A stretch of 64,000 nt of DNA from positions 1 to 64,000 of the forward strand of contig CAVYXJ010000013.1 of assembly GCA_963772455.1 (NCBI GenBank), given 5' to 3'. This stretch comes from Candidatus Bathyarchaeota archaeon. Lineage in GTDB: Archaea; Thermoproteota; Bathyarchaeia; Bathyarchaeales; Bathycorpusculaceae. Under the pieces are notes generated by a model. The model saw nothing but the letters and a program-made list of their open reading frames with translations, was not told where the DNA came from and ran no database searches. Each line of letters opens with the position of its first letter. Within the stretch, counting starts at the first letter, position 1. Both the position numbers and the translations under genes were made by a program. Positions 48,681 to 60,192 of this stretch are shown piece by piece.

Positions 48681-50639
48681 GTGAAAAAAGTTAAAACAAA
48701 TGCGGTTTACATGGAAATTCTGGAAAAATTCTGGGTTCCCATAGTGCTGCTTCTGTTAACGACTGGTTCATTTGTTTCAGGTTATGTTGCAGTATTTACC
48801 GCGTTGGTTTTCACTTTTCTGGTTCCAGGTTTAATCGCTCACCGGTTTTTTGGTTTGAAAACTCATGAGATTTGGGCGTTCGTACCCGTTTTCAGTGTTT
48901 TAGTTTCGGTTCAATTTGTTTATTACTTATCGTTGATTTTTGGGTATTCAAGGGAAACAATATTTTTTAGTTTTTTGGCTTTGATTACAATTTACACTTT
49001 GGTTGTTTACAAAAAAGGTGAACCATTTAATCTCCAAAAGTTACTCAAAATAAAACAAGTCAGAAAAACTAGCATTCTTATTTTCACAGTGATTTTCCTT
49101 ATCTCCCTCGCGGTTCTGTCCAGAAGTGTTTGGTATGGAAACCAATATGGCATTGTTATAACAGGTTCAAATTGGCAAGACACTCCTCTGCACTATGAAA
49201 TAATAGAAAGCATAAATAATGGAAATTTTCCTCCCCAAAAGGCAAACTTTGCGGGGTACCCCGAAAATTATCATTATTTTGTTGATTTCCATACTGCTAT
49301 CTTGGAGAAGGTTTTTGGTTATTTGCCGACACTTTTGCCTTTTCTAAATGCTGTGTTCATTGTGGTTTTCTCTCTTGCAATTTATGCTTTGGCAAGAAAT
49401 TATGGGAGAAAAGTTGGGGTAATTGCTGTTGTTTTGGGTGTGTTTGGTTGGGGGCTGAGTTATTTTGGTTTGTTCGGTGCCCTCTTCAATGGCACTTTTA
49501 ATCCTTATATTAATTATATTTATCATTTTGGAGAGACATTTCAAGTTACCCAATCAAACGGGGTTGTTTTAGGTTTCGGGTTGCCGTCAATATTTGACAA
49601 TCTTTTACAGCAACGTCCCTTGCTTGTGGGGTTGCCTGCGTTTGCTTTGGTATTAGCGCTTCTCCGGAACATGGATGATAAAAAACGTATTATTTTAGCA
49701 GGCGTTATAACAGGTTTAACCTATGAATTTCACAATGTTGCGTTTTTCTGCTGCTACATTGCGTTTATAGTGTGTTTGCTTTTGAATTTACGCAAGTTTA
49801 AGATAAACTATCTATATTTTTTGGTGCCATCCGTTTTTGCTTTGCCATTTATCTTGTTTGGTGGTTCCTCGTTTGCTTTACAGTTTAATTTAGATTTCTT
49901 GGCAACTTATGTCAAAAATCCGTTTATTTATTATCCCCTAAATCTTGGTATACCTCTTGCCCTAGCTATTATTTCGTTTATTAGGCGTGGACATGAATAT
50001 CTCAAAGTTACTTTGTTGTTATTGTTCTTGGTTCCTAACCTTTTGTTGTTAACGCCTAACCCGTGGGACATGTACAAGTTCTTTATGTTTGCTTGGATTC
50101 CCATTGCCGTGTTGAGCGGGGTGGTTTTGGCTAAGATATGGGTTCGAAAGTGGCGGATAGTGGTTTTGGGGTTGATTTTGTTATCTGTTATGACGTCTGC
50201 TAGCGTAGTCATCTTCAATGTCGGTACAGATTATACTGCAGTTAATTGGAGTGAATACGATACTGGGCTATGGGTTAGAGATAATACGCCGCAGAAATCA
50301 GTGTTTTTGACTTATTATTCAATTCATGCACCATCCAGTATGATTGGGGGGCAGTTACGCGTCTCGTCTTACGTAAATTGGCCTTATGGTCATGGGGTAC
50401 CGTTAGATCAAGTGTTTCAGCGGGAGCATGACATCGATGCTGCCTACAATGGTACAGAAGCCCAGCTGGCAGTAGTTGTTCGTGAGTACAATGTTTCTTA
50501 TGTTTACGTTGGAGGTGAAGAGTTGACTAATTATCCGGGTTGTGTAACTCGTTTTAATGGTGTTGTATGGCTTACCCAGGTTTACATTAATGGTGATCTA
50601 AGAATTTACCAAGTTGATCGGTCAAGTTTAGGTGGTTGA
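48681..50639 (+). CDS. Large polytopic membrane protein, GT-C (lipid-linked sugar transferase)-like architecture
   Basis: About 13 TMs. Luminal loop NWQDTPLH..FPP..YHYFVDF. C-terminal soluble domain WVRDNTP..YNVSYVYVG.EE. Confidence 0.6.
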   Translation: MKKVKTNAVYMEILEKFWVPIVLLLLTTGSFVSGYVAVFTALVFTFLVPGLIAHRFFGLKTHEIWAFVPVFSVLVSVQFVYYLSLIFGYSRETIFFSFLALITIYTLVVYKKGEPFNLQKLLKIKQVRKTSILIFTVIFLISLAVLSRSVWYGNQYGIVITGSNWQDTPLHYEIIESINNGNFPPQKANFAGYPENYHYFVDFHTAILEKVFGYLPTLLPFLNAVFIVVFSLAIYALARNYGRKVGVIAVVLGVFGWGLSYFGLFGALFNGTFNPYINYIYHFGETFQVTQSNGVVLGFGLPSIFDNLLQQRPLLVGLPAFALVLALLRNMDDKKRIILAGVITGLTYEFHNVAFFCCYIAFIVCLLLNLRKFKINYLYFLVPSVFALPFILFGGSSFALQFNLDFLATYVKNPFIYYPLNLGIPLALAIISFIRRGHEYLKVTLLLLFLVPNLLLLTPNPWDMYKFFMFAWIPIAVLSGVVLAKIWVRKWRIVVLGLILLSVMTSASVVIFNVGTDYTAVNWSEYDTGLWVRDNTPQKSVFLTYYSIHAPSSMIGGQLRVSSYVNWPYGHGVPLDQVFQREHDIDAAYNGTEAQLAVVVREYNVSYVYVGGEELTNYPGCVTRFNGVVWLTQVYINGDLRIYQVDRSSLGG

Positions 50640-50682
50640 GTGCTGGCAAGTTTTAAATACCGAAAAGGAGAAAAAAGTAAAT

Positions 50683-51108
50683 ATGACAATTAAGCTTGCA
50701 AGTCTTGGAATAGTCCATAAAATCTTAATGCTGTTTGTTTTGATTAACATCATCGGTGACATAGGTAACGTCGCTTTTTGGTGGGCAAACTCGGCTTCGC
50801 GTGCAGCATCATTAAACACAGGTTATATAGGAGTAACTGCTGGGATTGGCAATGCTCTTATCGTGGGCACAATAGTCCTGTTGGTTGTTGCAGTAGTGTA
50901 TATTATAGCCTTGTTTGGGTTAATGAAACAGAAGAAGTGGGCGCCCCAGTTAATCATAGTCATATCAGTGGTTAACCGTGCCCTCGCTCTTGTCCTCTAC
51001 TTCATTAGTCCTGCATTCACATTTTGGGCGGTTTGGAGCATTATTCTAATTGCTCTAGCATACTTTGACTGGCGTAAAATAAATACTGCTAAAGCAGTAG
51101 CCCAATAA
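50683..51108 (+). CDS. Four-TM membrane protein
   Basis: AGGAG SD upstream of the ATG at 50683. Hydrophobic helices. Confidence 0.6.
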   Translation: MTIKLASLGIVHKILMLFVLINIIGDIGNVAFWWANSASRAASLNTGYIGVTAGIGNALIVGTIVLLVVAVVYIIALFGLMKQKKWAPQLIIVISVVNRALALVLYFISPAFTFWAVWSIILIALAYFDWRKINTAKAVAQ

Positions 51109-51117
51109 TTTTTTTAT

Positions 51118-51597
51118 TTATTTTTGGTGTCTGGTGCTTTTGCCAGATATGTAATTAATGTCTATTCTGCCCATGGTGACGGCTTCAAGTTTTTCAGGTT
51201 TGATTTTTGAAAGTTTTACTTCGGGGTCAAGCGAGACTTGACGGATAAGGACTTCCATTGCGTGTTTTTTCTCATTTAAATCCGTGATTAAAGAGAATTT
51301 TCCTTTAAAATGAACCGAACTGTAATCATAGTCACATTCTTGGGTAACACCGAAATCAAGAACAGCTTGACCCCAAACTTTTGGGTTAGCTTTTGCATAA
51401 ATGAGTTTTTTGCCTTCAGGAGCGCAATGGAAATAGAGACAGTTACGGGTCTGGTCGTATCCGTGGCTCAAAGCGACAAGATAAGGTTCATCTTCCATGC
51501 AAAAGGCAATCGTTACGTATTTAGTGGCTTTTAGAACTTTTTGCATCTCATTGGAATCGGTGATTTCTCGATCTTTGCGTCTAACATGAAAAGACAT
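51118..51597 (-). CDS. Pyridoxamine 5'-phosphate oxidase-like flavin-binding protein (NimA-like)
   Basis: RRKDREI, PYLVALSHGY, LYFHCAPEGKK, NPKV and YSSV..G motifs. Confidence 0.85.
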   Translation of the reverse strand: MSFHVRRKDREITDSNEMQKVLKATKYVTIAFCMEDEPYLVALSHGYDQTRNCLYFHCAPEGKKLIYAKANPKVWGQAVLDFGVTQECDYDYSSVHFKGKFSLITDLNEKKHAMEVLIRQVSLDPEVKLSKIKPEKLEAVTMGRIDINYISGKSTRHQK

Positions 51598-51624
51598 GCT
51601 TGACTTTAAGCAGAATTAATAATA

Positions 51625-52149
51625 TTAACTTTTTTTGTGACTCATTCTGTGGTAGATATTTGAAAGTTTGGTTTTGAATTTACTCATGATGCTTGGGGTA
51701 AAGATGGAGAGAGAAGCTAGTAGAAAGTTAAGTGGAAAGACAAGGGGGGACTCAAATAGGTTGTCGCCATAGGAGGCGGTGACGTATTGTAGGTATCCCC
51801 ATAGTTGAAACAATGACCAAAAGGTTGTCCATAATAATGCGCCTCCAAGGCGAGCTAAATATTTCTGTTTTCGACTTAGAACTTTTTGATTTAGATTTGT
51901 GTAAAAGATTTCTCCTGCGACTGCTCCTGCGCCGCCGGGGAAAAAAGCGTTAACTAAAATCTTCTCTACAATGTTGCCAGGAACAAATGGAGAGACCCAG
52001 AAAGGCATGAACATACTTAAAATTGGTAGGTGAATGTTGCCTGTTGTAATTCTTATTGTCGCTGGCGTAGCATAAATTAAAACTGCGCTAATCTGCCAAA
52101 CCCAAAACCTTCTATTTCGAAGAGATTTTAAGATGGCATTTCGAAGCAT
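51625..52149 (-). CDS. Hypothetical membrane protein
   Basis: 174 aa, hydrophobic segments, FPGGAGAVAGE. Confidence 0.6.
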   Translation of the reverse strand: MLRNAILKSLRNRRFWVWQISAVLIYATPATIRITTGNIHLPILSMFMPFWVSPFVPGNIVEKILVNAFFPGGAGAVAGEIFYTNLNQKVLSRKQKYLARLGGALLWTTFWSLFQLWGYLQYVTASYGDNLFESPLVFPLNFLLASLSIFTPSIMSKFKTKLSNIYHRMSHKKS

Positions 52150-52333
52150 AGTTCTAAATTAACTGGTAAGTTTAAAAAAGCCTTCTAAACGAAAATGGTT
52201 TCTTGGAAAATATGAGTGTTTATTGTTGGAGTTTAATGAAGATGCATGCAGAAAACGATAGACGAGGAGTCTAAAATAATGGGGTGGTTCCTACAATGGC
52301 AAATCTTGAAGACAGTTATTATTTTTACACTTA

Positions 52334-53467
52334 TTGAGGATAGAGAACGTTCCGATTGCATTAGTTCTGTTATGCAATAGCTTTTTTAATCCACTCTTCA
52401 CCCTTATTTTGCGGTGCATTCAAACGGAAGAAGAAGCAGATATTTGGACTCCAATGGATGGAGACACATTCGTCACTAAAGATGGGTTTATCATGAACAC
52501 GTTTGGGTATGAACACCCCGACGACCGCGTTTTTGCGTTTCTCAAGTACATACCCGCTCAATACAAGCAACTCTTCAATGTGGAGATGCTTTCTCGCACT
52601 TGGAAATTTGGCACAAGCGAACTTACAAACCAATTATTTCGAGCAGAAAAACTCTACACCGCCAAAAACTACCAAACCTTCATCGAAGCCTTCCGCAAAA
52701 CCTTCCCAAGCTACATTTTCTTTGACCAAACACGCGGTAAAGAACTCATAACTGCACCCTTCGAAGTTATTGAACAAGTGTTTGTCCCAAAAGACCGCCT
52801 AGTTTGGCTTCAGAACCTCAAAAACCCTGATAAACTCCAAACTATGTCCCTTCAATTAATCGATCTAATCTCCAAAGAATCAGGCGTACCATGTGGCGAT
52901 TTGGGTATCCATGGTTCTATTGCATTGGAAATGCATGCGCCAGAATCAGACATCGACTTTGTTGTTTATGGCACAAGCAACTTCCGTGCTGTAGAAGATG
53001 CTATACAAAGACTTGTAAACGAAAACAAACTCACCTACATTGCAGGCAACCGCATTGAAGCAGCCCGAAAATTCGTTGGCAAATACAATGGCAAAATCTG
53101 GATGTATAATGCAACAAAAAAACCCGAAGAAATCAAGACCCAATTCGGCGAATTTACCTACACACCCTTAGCTCAGCTTCGTTTCATTGCAACCGTCTGT
53201 GATGACACAGAAACCATGTATCGTCCGGCAATCTATAAAATTAGCAATTATCAACCCCAAGATGACCAATCGGAACTTGATTTAGACAAAATTCCTATGC
53301 AAGTTGTCTCAAACATAGGTTGCTATCGAAACGTTGCACGAGCTGGGCAACAAATTAAGGTTGCAGGAACTCTCGAAAAAGTCCAATCAACATGCAACGA
53401 TAGTGTCTCATATCAGGTCGTTGTTGGAACAGCAACTTCGGAAGAAGAGTACATATGGCCACTTTAG
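52334..53467 (+). CDS. COG1665-type Pol-beta nucleotidyltransferase, paralog 1 (start uncertain)
   Basis: [29 protein letters not shown] and C-terminal OB-like '[10 protein letters not shown]'. Confidence 0.78.
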   Translation: MRIENVPIALVLLCNSFFNPLFTLILRCIQTEEEADIWTPMDGDTFVTKDGFIMNTFGYEHPDDRVFAFLKYIPAQYKQLFNVEMLSRTWKFGTSELTNQLFRAEKLYTAKNYQTFIEAFRKTFPSYIFFDQTRGKELITAPFEVIEQVFVPKDRLVWLQNLKNPDKLQTMSLQLIDLISKESGVPCGDLGIHGSIALEMHAPESDIDFVVYGTSNFRAVEDAIQRLVNENKLTYIAGNRIEAARKFVGKYNGKIWMYNATKKPEEIKTQFGEFTYTPLAQLRFIATVCDDTETMYRPAIYKISNYQPQDDQSELDLDKIPMQVVSNIGCYRNVARAGQQIKVAGTLEKVQSTCNDSVSYQVVVGTATSEEEYIWPL

Positions 53468-54534
53468 CTCTGCGAGACCGCGACGCAATTCAAACCGAAG
53501 AAGGTTTGATTTTTCGAGTTTTCGGCTACAGCCATCCCAAGGATGGTTATGTTTGCGATGCTGAGTATGCTTCATCTAAAATCTTTCTGTCCAAAGACCC
53601 AAGAGCTCCTCGAACAGGCAGAAGCGAAGTATTTTATAAATTCTACAATGACGAGGGCATGAAGTTAATTACAAAAAAATATCCACAGTATCTCATCAAT
53701 CATCAAATGCTCGGGTTAAAAATCGTCGGTGTACCGCAAACTTGCATAATGGAGGCAAGAAAACCTCCTGAACGTCTTCAGGACCTTCTCAAGGTTGGAC
53801 CAACCGACTCTCTCTTAAGTGCGATGGAACGTGTCCTGGAAATATCTCTTAAACACACGGGGCTAAAAAATTCTGATTTCGGCGTCTTTGGTTCTATGCT
53901 TCATGGTTTCCATCATCCCAAGTTTTCGGATATCGATTTGACAATTTATGGTAAGGCTGAAAACGCCAAAATGCGTGAAACAATGGCGCAGCTATTTTCG
54001 GATGGAAGTTCGCTTTTAAGAAACGAGTTTGAATCCCAAGACGTTATGAAAGGCAAAGATTGGCGTTTCAAAAACTTTGACGTTAAAGATTTCGTTTGGC
54101 ATCAGCGTCGAAAAATGATTTACGGTTTATTCGACGATCGCAAGCATAGCGGAAGAGTTATCAAAGCCGAATTTGAACCCGTTAAATCTTGGAATGAAAT
54201 CCAATCTGAATATGACCCGAATGTCCGCATCGTGCAGAAAGGTTGGGTTAAGTTAAAAGCTCGTGTTACTGCAGATGATGAAGCACCCTTTATCCCATCG
54301 ATCTACATTATTGAACCCTTAGAAGTTCTGGTTGGTCCCAAAGAGGCAATTGAAGTAAAACGGGTTTTTAGTTATATGGAAGAGTTCCGTCAGCAGGTAC
54401 AGAAAGATGAGACTGTAATTGTTGAAGGTAACCTTGAAAAAGTCGAATTGCCGTCGGGAAGTTTCTGGCAGGTAACACTGACTTATTGCCCACGATATTA
54501 CGAACAAGTACTCAAGGTCCAGCATTCTTTATGA
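53455..54534 (+). CDS. COG1665-type Pol-beta nucleotidyltransferase, paralog 2
   Basis: [36 protein letters not shown] and [10 protein letters not shown]. Overlaps the paralog 1 stop. Confidence 0.8.
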   Translation: MATLALRDRDAIQTEEGLIFRVFGYSHPKDGYVCDAEYASSKIFLSKDPRAPRTGRSEVFYKFYNDEGMKLITKKYPQYLINHQMLGLKIVGVPQTCIMEARKPPERLQDLLKVGPTDSLLSAMERVLEISLKHTGLKNSDFGVFGSMLHGFHHPKFSDIDLTIYGKAENAKMRETMAQLFSDGSSLLRNEFESQDVMKGKDWRFKNFDVKDFVWHQRRKMIYGLFDDRKHSGRVIKAEFEPVKSWNEIQSEYDPNVRIVQKGWVKLKARVTADDEAPFIPSIYIIEPLEVLVGPKEAIEVKRVFSYMEEFRQQVQKDETVIVEGNLEKVELPSGSFWQVTLTYCPRYYEQVLKVQHSL

Positions 54535-54935
54535 ATTGTTTAAAATCGTAGAAAAGTAGTTGATGCAGCAGCAATCGCAGTGTGTAATTGCAGCAGCAGC
54601 ATCAGCAGCAGCATCAACAACTTCTAATTCAAACAGGAAATGCCTAATTTTTAGTTCTGAAAGATGCAATAATCGTTGTGCAAAATGTTTGTGTAGCGGC
54701 ATCAGAAGCATTTTCTCCTGTTACCATTTCTTGCTCCATTCAAGTTCTTTAGAGACTTAAAGTCGTAGGTTCTGGTTTAGAAGATAAAACTGTATCATTC
54801 AGGTTTATTTCTGAAAGATAATACCCAACCGAAAATTCCAGAAGTGTCATCATCATTATCATCATTATCTTCTAAGAATGGTTAAGCTTTGAAGAATGAG
54901 CTGTTTCTTTGAAATTATGGCGTTGGAGTTAAGGT

Positions 54936-55979
54936 CTAAATTTTATTTTTAACAATCATGTAGTCGGTGGGTTTGCCACCAATAATCACTCGATAATGAG
55001 TTGCTCCTGTTTTTATGTCCGTGACAAGTTCAACTTTTCCTTGGGCTTCAATTGTGGTAGGTTCTCTTTGATTTGTGGGTACTTGTTCGCAGAACCTGCC
55101 CCGGAACGAAACAATTTCGTCGATTGCCGTTAGTATTGGTCCTTCAACAACTGCAACATCTCTAAGCTTGTAGGTGCAAGGAGTATATAGTGCGTCTGAA
55201 CTGTCAGACACGGTGGCGGTTATTTTTGCGTAACCGATGTTCTTGTAGTATTTGTCTCCATAATGGTCGCTTGTTTCGTTCCAATCCTTCACGAAACGAA
55301 TGAAATAGTCGGTTCCCATGAACATGCCTTGAAATGCTTTTTGGTTTTCAACCTTTTCGAAGTCTTCGAAGCTCATCTGAGTATCCTTCGAACGGAAGTC
55401 AAAAAGTGTCTGGAGTTCCTCTCGACTGTAGGCTTTGAAGCCTGAATCGGAAGCTGTTAGCAGTTCTTTTAGTGCAGTGTAGACTTTGCGACTGTTTTCT
55501 ACTCCGTAAATTAATGGATCTATGTCTGATTTTTCGTTCGTTAACCCTGCCATAATAGATCCAGAGATCCCAATTGCGGTCCAAGGTATTCTTGCTTTTT
55601 CTTTTAATGTTGTTGCCAGCCGCAGAGCCTTATTCTCCAGTGTACTGAGGTTTTTGTTTAACCGCAATGAGGCGAGTTTTTCTGTGGGTTGGAAGTGCTC
55701 AGCGATTTGATCGATTGGGACTTCACACATTGTCTCCCCAAATACAGGGTCAAAAACAATAAGATCAGGATGATTCTCCTGCAGATACTTAAAACGGTCT
55801 CCTAAACTGTACACTTTGCCATAAAGCGCGTTTTTTCCCTGTCTTGTACCCTGTGGCGAGGGAATAAAGCGAGGAAACGCGATGATTTTGTTGGGTGGGT
55901 GAACTAAGCCTTTAACGTCGAAAAACACGTTGCTCTTTGTTTTTATTAAGTCGCCCTCGCGTGCTCTCATACAAATCAA
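54936..55979 (-). CDS. COG1665-type Pol-beta nucleotidyltransferase, paralog 3
   Basis: REGDLIKT..FDVKGLVHP, GISGS..SDIDPLIYG and IEAQGKVELV. Confidence 0.8.
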   Translation of the reverse strand: MICMRAREGDLIKTKSNVFFDVKGLVHPPNKIIAFPRFIPSPQGTRQGKNALYGKVYSLGDRFKYLQENHPDLIVFDPVFGETMCEVPIDQIAEHFQPTEKLASLRLNKNLSTLENKALRLATTLKEKARIPWTAIGISGSIMAGLTNEKSDIDPLIYGVENSRKVYTALKELLTASDSGFKAYSREELQTLFDFRSKDTQMSFEDFEKVENQKAFQGMFMGTDYFIRFVKDWNETSDHYGDKYYKNIGYAKITATVSDSSDALYTPCTYKLRDVAVVEGPILTAIDEIVSFRGRFCEQVPTNQREPTTIEAQGKVELVTDIKTGATHYRVIIGGKPTDYMIVKNKI

Positions 55980-56042
55980 AGGCTTGTAGTTTTCAAAACT
56001 TTAATAAACCTTTTTTAAACCACATAACCAGAGCACATCAAC

Positions 56043-56991
56043 ATGAGTAACTGCGAAAAGGCGCAACACATCTCCAAATGCCTTCAACTGGCAATAATGT
56101 TGGAAGTCAGCAGCCAAAAACCAGGTAACGTAAGCTTCACATCTAGCTTTGAAAAAACAAGGGTGGAGCATTTTTTGGCGTCAGCTGTTGCCGCGGGACC
56201 TACTTTTCAAGAGGCGGCTTACCTTGGGATTTCAGTGGCTGAAAAAAGACTTGATGTTGACAAGGTAGGTTTGGGTGAACTCATAAAGGATTGTGCTGTG
56301 GATGTTGCTGCTTGGCAGAAAGGCGGAAATACAATTCTGGGTACAGTGATGCTGTTTGTTCCTATCGCTGTTGCGGCAGGAATGACGCCGGCAAAAGAAG
56401 AATTCGTTTTTGATTTTTCTAAAATGCGTAAGAACATTGATTTAATTGTGAAATCTACGACTGCGTTGGATTCAGTTCGCCTTTACGAAGCTGTCGACAT
56501 TGCCAATCCCAGCGGACTTGGTGGTGCGCCAGACCTCGATGTAACTGACCCAGCTTCTAAAGAGCGATTGATAAAAGAGAATGTGGTTTTGTTTGAGGTT
56601 TTCAAAATTGCCTCAGCTTACGACGATATTTGCTATGAATGGGTCAACAATTATCCCATTACTTTTGACTTAGCTTATCCATATTTGATGAAGCAGCTTG
56701 AAAGTAAATCTCTCAATACTGCAGTTGTTCACACGTTCCTAAAAATCCTCTCTGAACGGCCAGATACTTTCATCGCGAGAAAAGTAGGTAAGGAAAAAGC
56801 ACTTGAAGTGTCGGCTAGACGCTAAGAATGTGTTGGAGCTTGGCGGATTAGAAACTGCTAAAGGCAAAAAAAGCCTTATGGAACTGGATGAAAAACTGCG
56901 GTTAAAAGGTAATTCATGTAACCCTGGCACAACGGCCGATTTAACGGCGGCTGCATTGGCACTCTGCACCCTTGGCGGGTATAGACCTTAA
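56043..56991 (+). CDS. citG: CitG family triphosphoribosyl-dephospho-CoA synthase homolog (frameshift ~56815)
   Basis: LEVS..KPGNV, NTILG..L..P and PDTFIARK.G motifs. Continues in the 56803 frame with NPGTTADLTAAAL. Confidence 0.85.
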
Positions 56992-57031
56992 ATTCTCTCA
57001 TTGCCACTCTTTGATCTATAGATCTCAAAAA

Positions 57032-58287
57032 TTAGGAAATTTGGATTTTTTTGTCAATTGAGCTGAAGACGTTTTTTTCGATTGTGCGTTTAAGGCTGCA
57101 AATTTTGTCTTCTGACTCTTTGTAAGCATTCTCTTTTACGGTTTCATGAGTTTCTACACTTGTTTTTCTTGCTTTCAGCAAATCAACTTGTTCTTGGAGT
57201 TGTGCAATGGTTTGATTTATCTCATCCATCTTTGAAGAAGCTAACAACTGATCCTTGTTAGTCGCCATCTCTACACATCTTATTTGAAGGTTCGCTAAAG
57301 AATCCTTATTCAAAATCTCATTTATTGATTGTTCAGCTTTGCGAGCCTTGTCTGGTTTCAATTTTAACTTATCCTCAGTCATTAACGCTGTGAGTTTATG
57401 CAAAATTTCCCTAAGCTGTGGATAACCAGTTTTTTCGGACACTAACGCATCAAAGGGCGCTTCCAAAAATTGGTTTATCTTGTTTAGGTCATCAGGAGTT
57501 ATTCCTCCACCGCCGCCTCCAGTGGCTAAAGCTTGCATTTTGATGAATGGCTTTTGTAAATGTCTAAGCGAATGTTTTAGTTCGTTGCTTAATGAGTCAA
57601 TTTCGCAATTGACCATGTTAAGCTTGTCAACAGGACCTTTGCATTTTAGAGTAGTTAATTTTTTCTTCCAAAACTGCAATTTCTTGCTCGATTGGCATTC
57701 GCTCGTTTTTTATTGTTTCTCTGTCACATTGAAGGATTGTCAATTGTTTTTCTACGTTTTGAAGTTCATTGATTTGCTGGAGTGCTTCTTCTAAAGTTTT
57801 GGTTTTAACGTATTCTTTGGTGACGTAGTCGTTTAGAGTTGTGTAGGATTGTTTGGCTCGCTCATAGATGGCTGAGAATTTTCGTCTATCCATTATAAAG
57901 AATGGAGAGATTCTTGGAAACCAATTTTTGATGTCGATTTCTGTTACCAAAATGACTTTTTGGGTTTCCTGGGCATACTTGCTTAAAGTCTCGTAAGAGA
58001 CTTGTTCGGGCGGGTTTAGTTTTTTGAGGCGATCGAGGAACAAGTCGTGCTAGTTTGTTTAGTGCTCTTGCGCGGTTGTAGACTTTCATGTTTCTTTTTT
58101 CTATTTCTTTTGAGCTTGTGTCGAAGAGCATTTTGCTGACTTCAATTACTGCTTGGACTGATGTGTTCATTTCGTCGCGTAGTTTTTTGGCTTGGGCATG
58201 TACGGGCGTTAAGATGCTGCTGGTTTGGGTTTCAAGCCAACGTTTTACTTCGCTTGAGGATGAGAATTGGAGGGTTGTTTCAGTCAA
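57032..58287 (-). CDS. Hypothetical helical/coiled-coil protein split by probable sequencing frameshifts (~58040, ~57660)
   Basis: Track ORFs 57886-58287, 57627-58043 and 57032-57679 abut in shifted frames and read as one protein. Confidence 0.55.
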
Positions 58288-58416
58288 CTCTGCTTCACTG
58301 CCTATTGTTATCGTTGGCTTGTTTATCTATTTTAGCCCAAATTCGCAACTCTTATTTGGGTAGCTACTCTTAAATAGGTAACCAATACATTGAACACACT
58401 ATACGAAGGAATCAAA

Positions 58417-59040
58417 ATGAACACCAAAGCACTCTCACTAATAATAGTCTTCTACTGCCCTGGCGAGCACACTAAACCATACTGGACCAAACATCCCTTT
58501 GCCTGCGCCGTTCGCTCAAGGACTCATTACCAAGTATGGGAAATCCCCATCGTCATCGCGTTCCTAATGGTAAGACCCACATCAGGATTAATCGTCTCAA
58601 TTGTAAATACAGCAGTGTTGATTTGCTAATTGTTTTCCCAGGTGTTCTTACCAACAGGACCAGTCTATAACTTAGTCGCTACCTTGATAGCGATGTTTGT
58701 TGGAATTTATTGCCTAGCGGTTGCGAACGGGGTGCAAAAATGAAACTTCTGCTCTAAAAACCCGGATACAAACATACTTGTCTAAAGTCAAATGGGCAGC
58801 AGTCGCAACAGCTTGGGAATCTCTTCGCAGCGTTGCATTCTGACAGTTGTTCATTACTTTGCCTTCCGCAGGAAGTCTTACCAATCGGTTTTAAAAGCTT
58901 CGGATTTGCCCAAACATCAGCGAATGGCATATTTGCCTTTGCTGCCTTTTCAATGCAACAGTGGCATTGTACACAGTTCCGATTGCTGAATTGCGCAGAG
59001 AGTCAAAAAGTCCTGCCTTAATGATGCGCGAAAGTAGAAA
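58417..59040 (+). pseudogene. Heavily disrupted membrane-protein gene (ECF S-component-like)
   Basis: MNTKALSLIIVF..YQVWEIPIVIAFL..G..VSIVNT.. followed by many frame breaks. Either decayed or poor-quality sequence. Confidence 0.4.
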
Positions 59041-59079
59041 ACTGCCCAATCCCAGACAAAAAGTAATAAATTTAGAATC

Positions 59080-60040
59080 CTAAGGATTCTGCGAAAGTAC
59101 CTTAGGGTTTATTTTTCCTGCTTTAAAGGTTCTTCCAGATTTTGCGTTGTTTATCATGAGCACTGCTGGGGCGAATAATCCGTGGTCTATTTTGTAGAAG
59201 TCTTTGTCGGCTTCGCGGAAAATCTGCAGGAAAGGTTTGCCGTAGTCTTTAGAGGCCATTGAAGGTGCTTGGTTAATGATGTTTTGAAGCGCTGTTTCAT
59301 CGTCAAAGTCCACGGTGAGGTAGACTGTTCCGCCGTAGAGGATGGCGTCGTTTGTTCTTGCCATTGCAACTTCAAAGTCATGACCAACCGGTGGGAATTG
59401 GGCAGTAACCCATTGCGTAACGGATAACTTTTGGGCTTAAACCGAGTGTTCGGAGTTTATGGATTCCTACTTCTACTACTCTGCCCGCGACCTGTGTTAA
59501 GCCCGCGATGCTTGCGGTTGGAGCAACAACAATGATCAAGTTTTGAGCTAAGACACCACTGGCGGTTGTCACTTTTTCAATAAGTGCATCTGAAGGAAGG
59601 GCATTACTTTCTAGGGTTATAACGGCTTTGTCGCTTGTGTCTTTGTAGCCGATTTCCTCGAAAACATCTTTGGGTTTAAGCGCTAAGAGCTCGGATGGGA
59701 CCTGAGCCAATTGCTATTGAGCCGTCTGGTTCTTTAATGCGCCATCCTGCAAACTGCGAGCCCAAGCATGGCAATGGCTGGGAAATCGGAGGAAACAGTG
59801 ACTGAGGGAAAAGTTAAGTCGCCATATGTTTTGAATCCTAACTGAACTTTCCCTGCACCGCCTAAACATAAGTTCAGTTAATAATTTGCCAGCTTGAAAA
59901 CCGCCTGAAGCCTTGACACCTGCGTCGACGATTGTTGCTCCTGTAGAGGATTTAGAAACTGTTACGCCGTAAGATTCTGGGGTTTCGATGAATTTTTGGG
60001 CTTTTTTCCAAGCCATTTGGTTAACGCTTAAAGTTCCCAT
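59080..60040 (-). CDS. mch: Methenyltetrahydromethanopterin cyclohydrolase (multiple frameshifts, probably sequencing errors)
   Basis: LSVN, IVDAGV..GG..AG, APTASIAG..QV..RVVE..HKL, MARTNDAILYGG and FYKID..LFAPA spread over three frames. Confidence 0.88.
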
Positions 60041-60192
60041 GACTTTCACCTTAAAGGTATCTTATTTGATATTTCATTTAATATTAAAGTTAACGCTACA
60101 ATCATGAAGAACGGATTGTAGTCTGAATCAGCATGCTTTTATTGTCGGGGCAACTATGCAAATAGCGAAAAACTAACTGCGAAGGCAAATAG

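Noticed and set aside
54535-54935. (GCA)n and (TCA/TTA)n low-complexity stretch and short ORFs between NTase paralogs 2 and 3 as a peptide substrate or repeat array
   Set aside because: No coherent frame or regular repeat unit. It looks like garbled or decayed sequence and cannot support a call without reads.
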